Shown: in pieces, positions 17,930 through 26,170 of the stretch | Position numbering within the stretch: position 1 is the first letter of the stretch | How the letters are laid out: the number at the start of each line of letters is the position of its first letter | Origin: a virus | Lineage: Duplodnaviria > Caudoviricetes | IMG/VR virus record: IMGVR_UViG_3300017911_000834 | Coordinates: 1-51,883 of that record | Length of the DNA: 51,883 nt | Reading direction: 5' to 3' (one strand) | The notes under the pieces: model-generated | Databases searched by the model: none | The model's input: only the letters and a program-made list of their open reading frames with translations | What the model was told of the DNA's origin: nothing | Program-made: the position numbers and the translations under genes

Positions 17930-19510
17930 TTGCCACAATCATTCAACCCAGGTCATAGGCCAAGTTCACCGCTACACCCCGATGAATTGGTTTATTGCTC
18001 GGTTGATGATGTGGCAAACTTTCTACAACTACCTCTCCCCGATCCTATCGCACTTTCAGCAGACTCCACGGTAAGTGGAGATGAATTGGAATTGCCCATC
18101 ACTGGTGCAAATTACAGGCGATGGAAAATCGAAAAAGACACCTCAATCTTGGTGTATGACGATGCTGATGCCATTGGTAAAACCTACACAGTCCTGCGGG
18201 TAGAGAGTGGAGGCAGTGGCAACGTCAACGTTATTGTCACACAAGCAGACAGTGAATCCTTCACTACTGCAAACAACGCCTACATCCAAATCAATTCTGC
18301 CTTCACCAACTCCAAAGAGCGTGGTTTGACCAAATCACAGGTTGAAACGCTCATTCGTGAGAAGCAGGATTACATAGATACGGTTTGCCGTATGGCATGG
18401 CGACCCCACTTGGTTGCTGATGAATACCAGAACTTCACTACATTCAAGCCATATCGTCGTCGGTATTACACGGACTATGTGGGGGCGGTCTATTTGAGGA
18501 ACAGATCGGTTCAACGTATTCTTCGATTGAGCGTATGGCAGGGTGATAAATACCGAGAGTTGGGGTCGTCCGTAATCAAAATAGCCGTCAAGTCTGTTGA
18601 GATGGGGGCGAGCGATAAGTTGTTCCTATGCCCTGGTGTGGCTCATACGGCAACGCTACAACGTGGCAAGACTTCATCCACGTGGGATGGGGATTTTGGC
18701 GACAAAACAACTGCACAGAACATTGCGAATCTCATCAACAAGGACAAAGCCACCAGTCGTAGTGATGTTGCGATTGGAACGCTTCAAGAGAATAGCAAAC
18801 AACTGAACGTTGATGATGAGTTCTTGGCAACTGCCAATAGCGATGAGGGAGATGGAATCGTCATGCTATCGTCCATGCGTTCAACCGAAGAAGGAGAGGA
18901 CATCACCATCGCTACAAACAACCCTGATGCTTTCGAGTTTTCATTGGGTCATGATCTTTCAAGCAAAATCACAGGCGTTAGTGGCTCAACATTCACGGTA
19001 AGTGATGCGAGTTCTTTCACCAAGCGTGAAGGGCTGGTGTTTTACACAACAGGAGGCACGACCTATGTTGCACGATGCACCCGTAGCGATAACACCTTTA
19101 CGATCCAAGATGAATTGGTTGCAGGTTTTGAAACAAACCTCGCCACGGATATTGATGTCAAGCAACTGAGGCTGAAGACTGATGTTATTGACGAAGCCCG
19201 TCAGAAAGATTGGTGGGCAATGGAAGACAACGGCGCAATCATGTTCAACAATCAATACCCGTTCTACGAGAACCATTCATTGAAGGTTTCCTACATCTAT
19301 GGCGAGCGTTATCTCGATAAGGTAATCAAAGAGGCCTGTATCAAATTGGTCTGCATGGACATCTATTTGACAGATGATTACACCGTGTTGTTCCCTGAAG
19401 GGACGAGCAACATTGACCTCAATTCAAAGGTTCAGAAGTTGGATGAAGAAGTAAAGCGTATGCTCATTCCGTATCAGGAATCCATCATCGTAGCAGGGAT
19501 GGGTGGTTGA
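17930..19510 (+). CDS. Head-tail adaptor/connector with large insertions
   Basis: YCSVDDV N-terminus, LI....DYID..C and C-terminal LKVSYIYG...IKEACIKLV motifs of gp6/gp15-like adaptors. Confidence 0.7.
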   Translation: MPQSFNPGHRPSSPLHPDELVYCSVDDVANFLQLPLPDPIALSADSTVSGDELELPITGANYRRWKIEKDTSILVYDDADAIGKTYTVLRVESGGSGNVNVIVTQADSESFTTANNAYIQINSAFTNSKERGLTKSQVETLIREKQDYIDTVCRMAWRPHLVADEYQNFTTFKPYRRRYYTDYVGAVYLRNRSVQRILRLSVWQGDKYRELGSSVIKIAVKSVEMGASDKLFLCPGVAHTATLQRGKTSSTWDGDFGDKTTAQNIANLINKDKATSRSDVAIGTLQENSKQLNVDDEFLATANSDEGDGIVMLSSMRSTEEGEDITIATNNPDAFEFSLGHDLSSKITGVSGSTFTVSDASSFTKREGLVFYTTGGTTYVARCTRSDNTFTIQDELVAGFETNLATDIDVKQLRLKTDVIDEARQKDWWAMEDNGAIMFNNQYPFYENHSLKVSYIYGERYLDKVIKEACIKLVCMDIYLTDDYTVLFPEGTSNIDLNSKVQKLDEEVKRMLIPYQESIIVAGMGG

Positions 19511-19780
19511 ATGCTTTTCATATTCATGCAAATGTATTGTAAAGAGTTAGCCAAGGCATACAAGGATCTTGCCAAATCTGCCGAAGAAGCCATCAAGGGA
19601 GAACCAAACTATCAGAAGAATCTGGCTGAAAGGGAGAAGGCCTTGGCAGAGATTGACGGGATTCCCATGACTGATGAAGAGATTGAGGCAAATGTGGCGA
19701 TACAATCTAAGTCAAGCCCCTACCGAATGAAGGTAGAGCAAAAGATGAACAGACTCAAGCAGGTGATGATTGATGGCTAA
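19511..19780 (+). CDS. Hypothetical neck-region protein
   Basis: 89-aa helical ORF filling the gap between the adaptor and the next gene. Confidence 0.6.
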   Translation: MLFIFMQMYCKELAKAYKDLAKSAEEAIKGEPNYQKNLAEREKALAEIDGIPMTDEEIEANVAIQSKSSPYRMKVEQKMNRLKQVMIDG

Positions 19781-20207
19781 GGATGCCCTCCTTTCCATTC
19801 GTGACCTATTGGACTCCCAATGGAACATCTCGCCTAAGCCGTCCATCGAGGACATCACGGTTTTGGACAAGGGCGAAGGAAAGCGTGGCCGTCTTCAAGA
19901 TCACGATGTAATCCGGTTGTTTGAAACGGCTCACAATGAGGCTCAACCGGAACTGTTGTTTGACTTTGTGAATGTCAACGTCAATCTAACAATTGACATC
20001 CGAACCGTCAAGAGTCGTGAGCGTTTGTCCGATCTGCGTGACGAAGTTCGGAGGATTATTCATAAGCACAGAAAGGGCAAAGATAACGAGTTTGATAGGG
20101 TTATCTTCAAGACGAGAACCGATTTGTCGGATCGTAGCAAGAGGTTCTTCCGTTATACAATGCAATGTGAAGTTGTGATTTTTGCCGACCCACTGGAAAC
20201 AATATGA
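19773..20207 (+). CDS. Putative tail terminator/completion protein
   Basis: About 144 aa directly upstream of the tail tube; alpha/beta pattern (LTIDIRT...LRDEVRRII). Confidence 0.65.
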   Translation: MAKDALLSIRDLLDSQWNISPKPSIEDITVLDKGEGKRGRLQDHDVIRLFETAHNEAQPELLFDFVNVNVNLTIDIRTVKSRERLSDLRDEVRRIIHKHRKGKDNEFDRVIFKTRTDLSDRSKRFFRYTMQCEVVIFADPLETI

Positions 20208-20217
20208 GGAATGAAAG

Positions 20218-22389
20218 ATGGTAGGAACAATTTACAAGGGTGACGTAGCCGAAGTGTCTTGGGGCAAAGAAACGGGTCTGATGGCCGTTGGAACGGGTTC
20301 TGCAACGGGATTCACCCACACGTCCAAATCAGGGAATACCAGCGTTCTGACGATTGGAACGGCAGTGTATTGGCACACCGGCTCTGGCACTGATGTTGAA
20401 ATCCCTGACAATGCTTTGGTTGGTTGCGTCCTTCGTGTAACCGGAGGTGGCAATTTCACCTCGGATGATTACGCTTCTACTCGAAGAACCTACTATGTCA
20501 TTGCCAATGACACCACGGCAGGGACAATCACCGTTCAACCTGCATTGGTCACTGGCACTTCTACCACCGGGGCTACTACTGACTCCTTAGTGCTTGACAC
20601 CAACCGATGCCCAACCTTCGAGTCAGCAATGACGGATTCTGCTCAACAGGTCAAGACCGATCAGTTCTTTGGACTTCTTGACAACTTCTCTCTCCCTGAG
20701 CCTGAGATTGATGTCCGTAAGCAACACATCGTTGGCATGGGTCGTGATGTGAACATCCTAACAAGTGGCCGTGAAACCCTTGCTGGCGGTTCTTTCACCC
20801 TCAATGCTCACACCCTGCGCTGGATGAAGTATGCGCTTGGCGGTCACGTGGCAAAGAGCAAAGGCGAGTTTTTGACTGTCGCAACAGGCCCTGCCCCAAC
20901 TGACAGTGAATTGCCTTTGAACATTGCCGCCGCAACTGCAACGTATCAGATTCAGCAATATCAAACCACAGATGCAGATTCATTGACGGAAGTATCTACC
21001 GGCAGTTTAACAGGACTTAGCAATGTTGCCGTTGGAGATCACGCCTTGTTGGGCGATAAAGCCGTTGTTGATACAGGGACGGACATTACCGTGACAAACC
21101 TCGCAGATTCACACGCCGTCACCGATTCAACGAATGGTGGCATTTTCAAAACCCTACATCTCACAACTGGTGAGGTTCTGCTTGGTTCTTTCACCTCAAT
21201 TTCATCTGATACCCTTAGCGGTTGTGCCGATATTGACACGGATGCTCTCGAAGAAGCGCAAAAAGCAGGGGCAGTGGTTTATCTGCTCGCCCCGATTGCG
21301 GCGGCAATCGCTCGACGTGATGTTCGGGTGAACCTCGGCACAACAATTGCGGCTAAGTTCTCTGTCGGTGATTACATCCAAGTTTTGGATAAAGACACCC
21401 ATTCAATTCCAGGCCAAGACGACACCCTTCCAACAGTGTTCAAGAATGAAATCCGCAGAGTTATTGCGATTGATGGTGCTTACGTCTATGTCGAAGAACC
21501 GTTCTTCTTCGCACATTCCGTTGGATCGGTAGGGGTTGAACGTCTTCAATATGCCTCCGGCGATGCAAGAGGTAGCCCAAATATCGTTTCTTCATCTAAG
21601 GAACTGCAATTCGGTGTTGAACACACTTTGTTTGGCGATACCACGTTGCCTACTTTCATGATTGAGCAATCATTCCGCAGGGACAACGCAACACCCGGCA
21701 CTGAGCAACTACTTCGTCTATACAATGGATGTAAGGTCAATGGACTTTCATTTAGTGCCAACACGGAAGGCGAGGTCAAATTGCAGGTTGATTACGAAGG
21801 TGGACGACATTACACTGACACGGCCAGCGCATTCACGCCTCACCGCATGTTTGAGAACACTGCAAACACCGCTATCAATCGAAAGGCTTCAGGTATTGCG
21901 GTCAATGGCGAGAAGCCGTATCTGTTCCAAGACCTCTCCTTCGAGGTGTTTGGCCGTCCCGTTCTGAGGGCAACTCAAGTCGAATTCTCAATCGCAAACT
22001 CCAACCAAGCACGACATTTCATTCGTGGCTATGAGGGCAACGCTACCGATTCCGACCAAGTGCAATTGGGCGGTGTTCAGATGCCTTTGGACATCACTGA
22101 GGCTCAACGTGAATACACTTTCTCATTCAGTGCAATGATTGAGGATGACCAACTGTGGGAACAAATCCGAACCCGCAAGCACCATCAGAACACGAATGAC
22201 ATCACGCTCACCATGAAGAAGCGTGGAAGCAATGGCACACGTGAGAACGCAACCATCACCATCGAAGACTACACGATTCAGAAGGCAGATCACCAAATGC
22301 CAGATGACAAGGGTGCGGTCATTGTTCAGGTCGAATTGGTTGTTCGTCACCTGAAGGTTGTAGAAAACTCTCCTTATTTCACGCTTTGA
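20218..22389 (+). CDS. Major tail tube protein with inserted domains
   Basis: YKG...SWGKET N-terminus; LPTFMIEQ...YNGCKVNGLSFS...GEVKL core typical of siphoviral tube proteins; 723 aa. Confidence 0.8.
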   Translation: MVGTIYKGDVAEVSWGKETGLMAVGTGSATGFTHTSKSGNTSVLTIGTAVYWHTGSGTDVEIPDNALVGCVLRVTGGGNFTSDDYASTRRTYYVIANDTTAGTITVQPALVTGTSTTGATTDSLVLDTNRCPTFESAMTDSAQQVKTDQFFGLLDNFSLPEPEIDVRKQHIVGMGRDVNILTSGRETLAGGSFTLNAHTLRWMKYALGGHVAKSKGEFLTVATGPAPTDSELPLNIAAATATYQIQQYQTTDADSLTEVSTGSLTGLSNVAVGDHALLGDKAVVDTGTDITVTNLADSHAVTDSTNGGIFKTLHLTTGEVLLGSFTSISSDTLSGCADIDTDALEEAQKAGAVVYLLAPIAAAIARRDVRVNLGTTIAAKFSVGDYIQVLDKDTHSIPGQDDTLPTVFKNEIRRVIAIDGAYVYVEEPFFFAHSVGSVGVERLQYASGDARGSPNIVSSSKELQFGVEHTLFGDTTLPTFMIEQSFRRDNATPGTEQLLRLYNGCKVNGLSFSANTEGEVKLQVDYEGGRHYTDTASAFTPHRMFENTANTAINRKASGIAVNGEKPYLFQDLSFEVFGRPVLRATQVEFSIANSNQARHFIRGYEGNATDSDQVQLGGVQMPLDITEAQREYTFSFSAMIEDDQLWEQIRTRKHHQNTNDITLTMKKRGSNGTRENATITIEDYTIQKADHQMPDDKGAVIVQVELVVRHLKVVENSPYFTL

Positions 22390-22398
22390 TGATGAGGC

Positions 22399-22404
22399 TT
22401 TAAA
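22399..22404 (+). promoter_or_regulatory. Putative TATA box (TTTAAA)
   Basis: Intergenic, about 26 nt upstream of ATG22430. Confidence 0.4.
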
Positions 22405-22429
22405 CCAAAAGAATACAACGGTGATTACG

Positions 22430-22789
22430 ATGCGACTTACGGGAACTGTGAATGTTGATGGAAAGCGTGTGGCTTTGGATTGGAAGATTGACGGAGTATC
22501 TGTGAAGGCTGGACCAGGCCTTTCTGCTGATGATGTTCGTGTTCACACGCCTTTGCCAAATTTGGCTAAAGCGGTGATTGGTGAGCCAACCCCTGTCGAG
22601 GACGTTGAAACGAACCGATGGGACGCATTGACTGTTACCGATCTTCGTGTCGAACTTCAAGCACGTGACCTGCCTGTTTCCGGCACAAAGGATGTTTTGA
22701 TTCAACGTCTGATTGAGGCTGACTCTGCAACCGAAGAAGAGGTTGTAGAAGAAGAAGTCGCTGAAGGAGAGGAAGAGGTTGTCGAGTAA
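22430..22789 (+). CDS. SAP-domain protein with acidic tail
   Basis: LTVTDLRVELQARDLPVSGTKDVLIQRL matches the SAP consensus; GGTGA RBS before ATG22430 (track start 22421). Confidence 0.8.
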   Translation: MRLTGTVNVDGKRVALDWKIDGVSVKAGPGLSADDVRVHTPLPNLAKAVIGEPTPVEDVETNRWDALTVTDLRVELQARDLPVSGTKDVLIQRLIEADSATEEEVVEEEVAEGEEEVVE

Positions 22790-23132
22790 TCCCTTCGTCC
22801 TTAGCAACAACCCTACCCGACACGAACTTCAGACACCAGTTGGAACTCTGGTGGTTTATGTCAAGCCTCTTTCGTGGGTTGCACAACAAGAAGCAATGTC
22901 GCAATTTGTTTCATTCAAAACAGGTGCAGACGGTGAAGTAGCACCAAACATTGACCTTGGCGGTTATTGGAAATACGTTCTGATGAATTGTATTGTCAAG
23001 ACCGAGCCAGCAATGTCGAAAGCAGACCTTCTCAATCTCACGCCAGAAGTTGGCGATGTCGTAAGGACAGTCCTACCCGATCTCAATGACATCATTGGTC
23101 AATTCGCTGGTGGTGCTGACCCTTTGGCATAA
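22779..23132 (+). CDS. Tail assembly chaperone (gpG-like)
   Basis: Located between tail tube and tape measure; ends with a slippery heptamer. Confidence 0.75.
   Translation: MSSNPFVLSNNPTRHELQTPVGTLVVYVKPLSWVAQQEAMSQFVSFKTGADGEVAPNIDLGGYWKYVLMNCIVKTEPAMSKADLLNLTPEVGDVVRTVLPDLNDIIGQFAGGADPLA
23120..23126 (+). other. Programmed -1 ribosomal frameshift site C CCT TTG
   Basis: X XXY YYZ heptamer one sense codon before TAA23130-32; the -1 frame opens exactly there (TGA at 23117-19 precedes it) and runs into ORF 23147-23494. Confidence 0.8.
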
Positions 23133-23494
23133 CCTACGAGGAATTAGTGGCATTTCTCGATGAGGATTTGAGCGAAGAAGAAAGACCACAGTTGAACCCT
23201 CAACAGGCCACCATTCTCTCATATCAAGCCATTACCTTCGGCCTTGGAACACACTTCAATTGCCCACCCCACTTTTGGGATGACATGCCACCAGATCGGG
23301 TCATGCTCGACTACATGATAATGAGAGCCGCCAATGACAAGAAGGCGGAGATGATTGAGCGTATGAAAAAAGAGGCTGAAAGGCAAATGAAACACGGAAG
23401 AGGCAATAAGGGGCAACCCATACGCACAACAAGCGATGGCGATAGTTTATCTGACTTTTTTGAGCGACATAACGCTAAAATGATGGGGGAATGA
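23120..23494 (+). CDS. Tail assembly chaperone gpT-like segment (expressed as G-T fusion)
   Basis: -1 frame relative to the upstream chaperone; the in-frame GTG23147 may not be an independent start. Confidence 0.7.
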   Translation, partial: PFGITYEELVAFLDEDLSEEERPQLNPQQATILSYQAITFGLGTHFNCPPHFWDDMPPDRVMLDYMIMRAANDKKAEMIERMKKEAERQMKHGRGNKGQPIRTTSDGDSLSDFFERHNAKMMGE

Positions 23495-23495
23495 T

Positions 23496-24920
23496 ATGAG
23501 CGAACTTGACAAATTCATCTCAAGTCAAGCCAAGTTGCAGACTCTCTCAAAAGAACAGGGCAAATCAATCAACATTCTCAATCTTCAATACAAGATGCTC
23601 AACAAGACTCTCGGTCCGTTCTACACCAAATATGTCGAGATAAAGAACAACTTGGAAACCGTTGGTGAAATTTTCGAATCAGTCACAGAGAAGACTGAGA
23701 AACTTGGTGATGCGGTTAAGGTTGCCCTCGGACCTATCGGTGGTTTTCTTAAGATTCTGAAACAAATCAACACGATCATGATTTTCGTCCTTGGCGCATT
23801 TGCTTTGGTTGGTGCGGCTATATTTGTCCTGTCCAAACAATTTGGGGGTGGTGAAGAGGCGATGGGTGCGTTCAATGTAGTGATCGAAGCCGCTAAAGGA
23901 TTAGTAGATGCCTTTGTTGCCACATTCAAAACGGTTGCAGGTGTTATCGGCGGTATTGATTTCTCTGGTGCGGCTGGAACTTTAATGCCACTGTTGGAAG
24001 GCGTGTTTGTCGTTTTGAGCAACGTTCTCGCCCTCTACATCACATTCTACACTGCGGTAATTCAAGGGATTGGCGAAATCGTGACCCGAATGGATGAGGC
24101 AGGTCTTTTTCAGCGTATTGCCGACGCTTTTGGCGTGTTCTTTGGATTAGTTGGTATGGCCTTTGGCATTATCATGAATGCGTTTAAAGACACAGGCCTT
24201 TCGATGGGCGACTTGATTGATGGCATCAAGGGCTTCATCAAGGGAATCGTTGACTTCCTGTTCGACAGTGGAATAATTGAATTTGCAGTGAAGGTGATTG
24301 AATATGTTGCCGTATTTGCAGGTGCTATTGCGGTATTGGCTGGCATGGTCATTAGCATCTTCATCAGGGTGTGGACACAACTCGGTCCACCATTGCTGAA
24401 GTTTGTGAAGGCGTTCTTTGGATTCCTTGAGCCGATTGTGCGTATCGTCACAGGGATTCTTGGCGTGATTATGGACGCAGTTATGGCATTGTTCGCATCA
24501 CTGTTACCACATATAGAAACTGCTATGGATTCAGTCATGGCCGTTCTTCAACCTGTTATTGATTTGATTACTGGCATCTTGGAAGGCGCAGGAAAGGTGC
24601 TTGACGTTGGCTCAAAGGTCACTGGTGGCATTGCTGACAAACTCGGATTCAGTGAAGGTGGCGTTGCCAGTGGACCGACAAGTGGCTACCCTGTGACGCT
24701 ACACGGGACTGAAGCAATCGTCCCACTACCTGACGGCAGAACAATCCCTGTATCAATCAAAGGGGACGTTGGTGGCCGTGGTGGTCAAGTCAACAACATC
24801 AGCATCAATGTCAGTGGTGGAGGCAATGCGAGAGAGATCGCAAAGGCCGTCAGTGATGAAGTGAGCAAGGTTCTGCGAAATCGTTCAAGAGGCGGAAACT
24901 TCACCAGAGGGGTGATTTGA
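23496..24920 (+). CDS. Tape measure protein
   Basis: Long amphipathic/hydrophobic helical repeats; C-terminal FSEGGVASGP...LHGTEAIVPL motif; follows the chaperones. Confidence 0.88.
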   Translation: MSELDKFISSQAKLQTLSKEQGKSINILNLQYKMLNKTLGPFYTKYVEIKNNLETVGEIFESVTEKTEKLGDAVKVALGPIGGFLKILKQINTIMIFVLGAFALVGAAIFVLSKQFGGGEEAMGAFNVVIEAAKGLVDAFVATFKTVAGVIGGIDFSGAAGTLMPLLEGVFVVLSNVLALYITFYTAVIQGIGEIVTRMDEAGLFQRIADAFGVFFGLVGMAFGIIMNAFKDTGLSMGDLIDGIKGFIKGIVDFLFDSGIIEFAVKVIEYVAVFAGAIAVLAGMVISIFIRVWTQLGPPLLKFVKAFFGFLEPIVRIVTGILGVIMDAVMALFASLLPHIETAMDSVMAVLQPVIDLITGILEGAGKVLDVGSKVTGGIADKLGFSEGGVASGPTSGYPVTLHGTEAIVPLPDGRTIPVSIKGDVGGRGGQVNNISINVSGGGNAREIAKAVSDEVSKVLRNRSRGGNFTRGVI

Positions 24921-24921
24921 G

Positions 24922-26169
24922 ATGCCAATGATTCAATTGATTCGTAGGGATAGCACAATCATTGAACTTGAGGCCACAAGCATTCAATTCTCAATTCAGA
25001 GAAACGTGCTGGTGCATCCTATTCCTTTGTTGGCTACACGTGCCGCCTTGGATTTGAATCAACCATCGGTGGGGATCACAATTGACGGCATCATTACCGA
25101 TGATGAGCAAGCAAAAGGCGATTCATCTGCTGAGATGACTCTTGACCTATCCTTGGCATTTGGTGTCGGAGGTGCTGGCTCATGGTATAATTCGCTTGGA
25201 GTCACGTGGGCAAACGTGAAGACAGAGATGGATGGCGTTTCTGTGACATTTTCAACCAAGGGTCAGATTGATGCCGAACTCGGAGAATCAATTGAATTGC
25301 GGTTGAAGAACGGAAGTGGAACAGATGTTGTCGCAACGAAAAGCACCATATTCGCAGACATCTCATCAACGACTAACACAAGCGGTGTATCGAGCGCAAT
25401 CAAAACGGCGTTGGAAGCGGCAAGCATCAAAGTTGATGGTTCAACGGTGGACTTTACCACCGAAGCAACAGTATCAACAAAAGCGGGTCAAGCCGCTTCA
25501 GTATCTTATTTTAATCAAAATGGTTCTACTGGCAGTTACACGGATGAAATGATTGTCATCAAGAACAAAGCAACAGGCGCAAGTGGCAATTCCATTGTAT
25601 CTGTTCGAAAGGTTGCTTCATCGAGTTCAATCAATTGGAAGAAGCAATTTTTCGTTTCCAACATGACAGGTGGCGTCAGTGGTGTCAAGATGACACGTGG
25701 GGATAAGTTGCAGGATCTCATCAATGCAGTGACGAACCCAAGTGCCGGTGGTGCTTTGATTAGCCCTCAAGTTTTGACCGGCTCTGCACTTGACCTGCCA
25801 GATTCGATTGCCTCATTTGATTCGGCACAATTCCTACGGATCGACCAAGCAAAAGCAGTAAAGAAATACATTATCGGTGTTCGAATCCCATATGAGTCAA
25901 TTGTTTCTTCAACGTCAGGAAACAGAGAATTGCGACAATTCTTGATTCCAGCAGGGCCTGGGACAGACCACAGTGCCGAATCGAATACAGAGGAATTTGA
26001 CCCCGTAGAGATAATCAACAACAAACCCGTCCGTCCAAATCCATATCTTCGTCAGGGTATAGCAATCCCTGTCGTTGTCCAATCCTTTGACCCAAATTAT
26101 GAAGCCGGGGATTCTGTGTGGAATTACCAAATCACACTGTCACCAGCAGAACAATTAGTGGGGTTGTGA
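24922..26169 (+). CDS. Putative distal tail (Dit-like) protein with insertion
   Basis: Directly after the TMP; N-terminal HPIP...ITIDGII and C-terminal WNYQITL patterns flank a Ser/Thr-rich insert. Confidence 0.55.
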   Translation: MPMIQLIRRDSTIIELEATSIQFSIQRNVLVHPIPLLATRAALDLNQPSVGITIDGIITDDEQAKGDSSAEMTLDLSLAFGVGGAGSWYNSLGVTWANVKTEMDGVSVTFSTKGQIDAELGESIELRLKNGSGTDVVATKSTIFADISSTTNTSGVSSAIKTALEAASIKVDGSTVDFTTEATVSTKAGQAASVSYFNQNGSTGSYTDEMIVIKNKATGASGNSIVSVRKVASSSSINWKKQFFVSNMTGGVSGVKMTRGDKLQDLINAVTNPSAGGALISPQVLTGSALDLPDSIASFDSAQFLRIDQAKAVKKYIIGVRIPYESIVSSTSGNRELRQFLIPAGPGTDHSAESNTEEFDPVEIINNKPVRPNPYLRQGIAIPVVVQSFDPNYEAGDSVWNYQITLSPAEQLVGL

Positions 26170-26170
26170 A

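Noticed and set aside
23760-24600. Multi-pass membrane transporter
   Set aside because: The hydrophobic helices are the periodic repeats of a tape measure protein, supported by position and the C-terminal motif.
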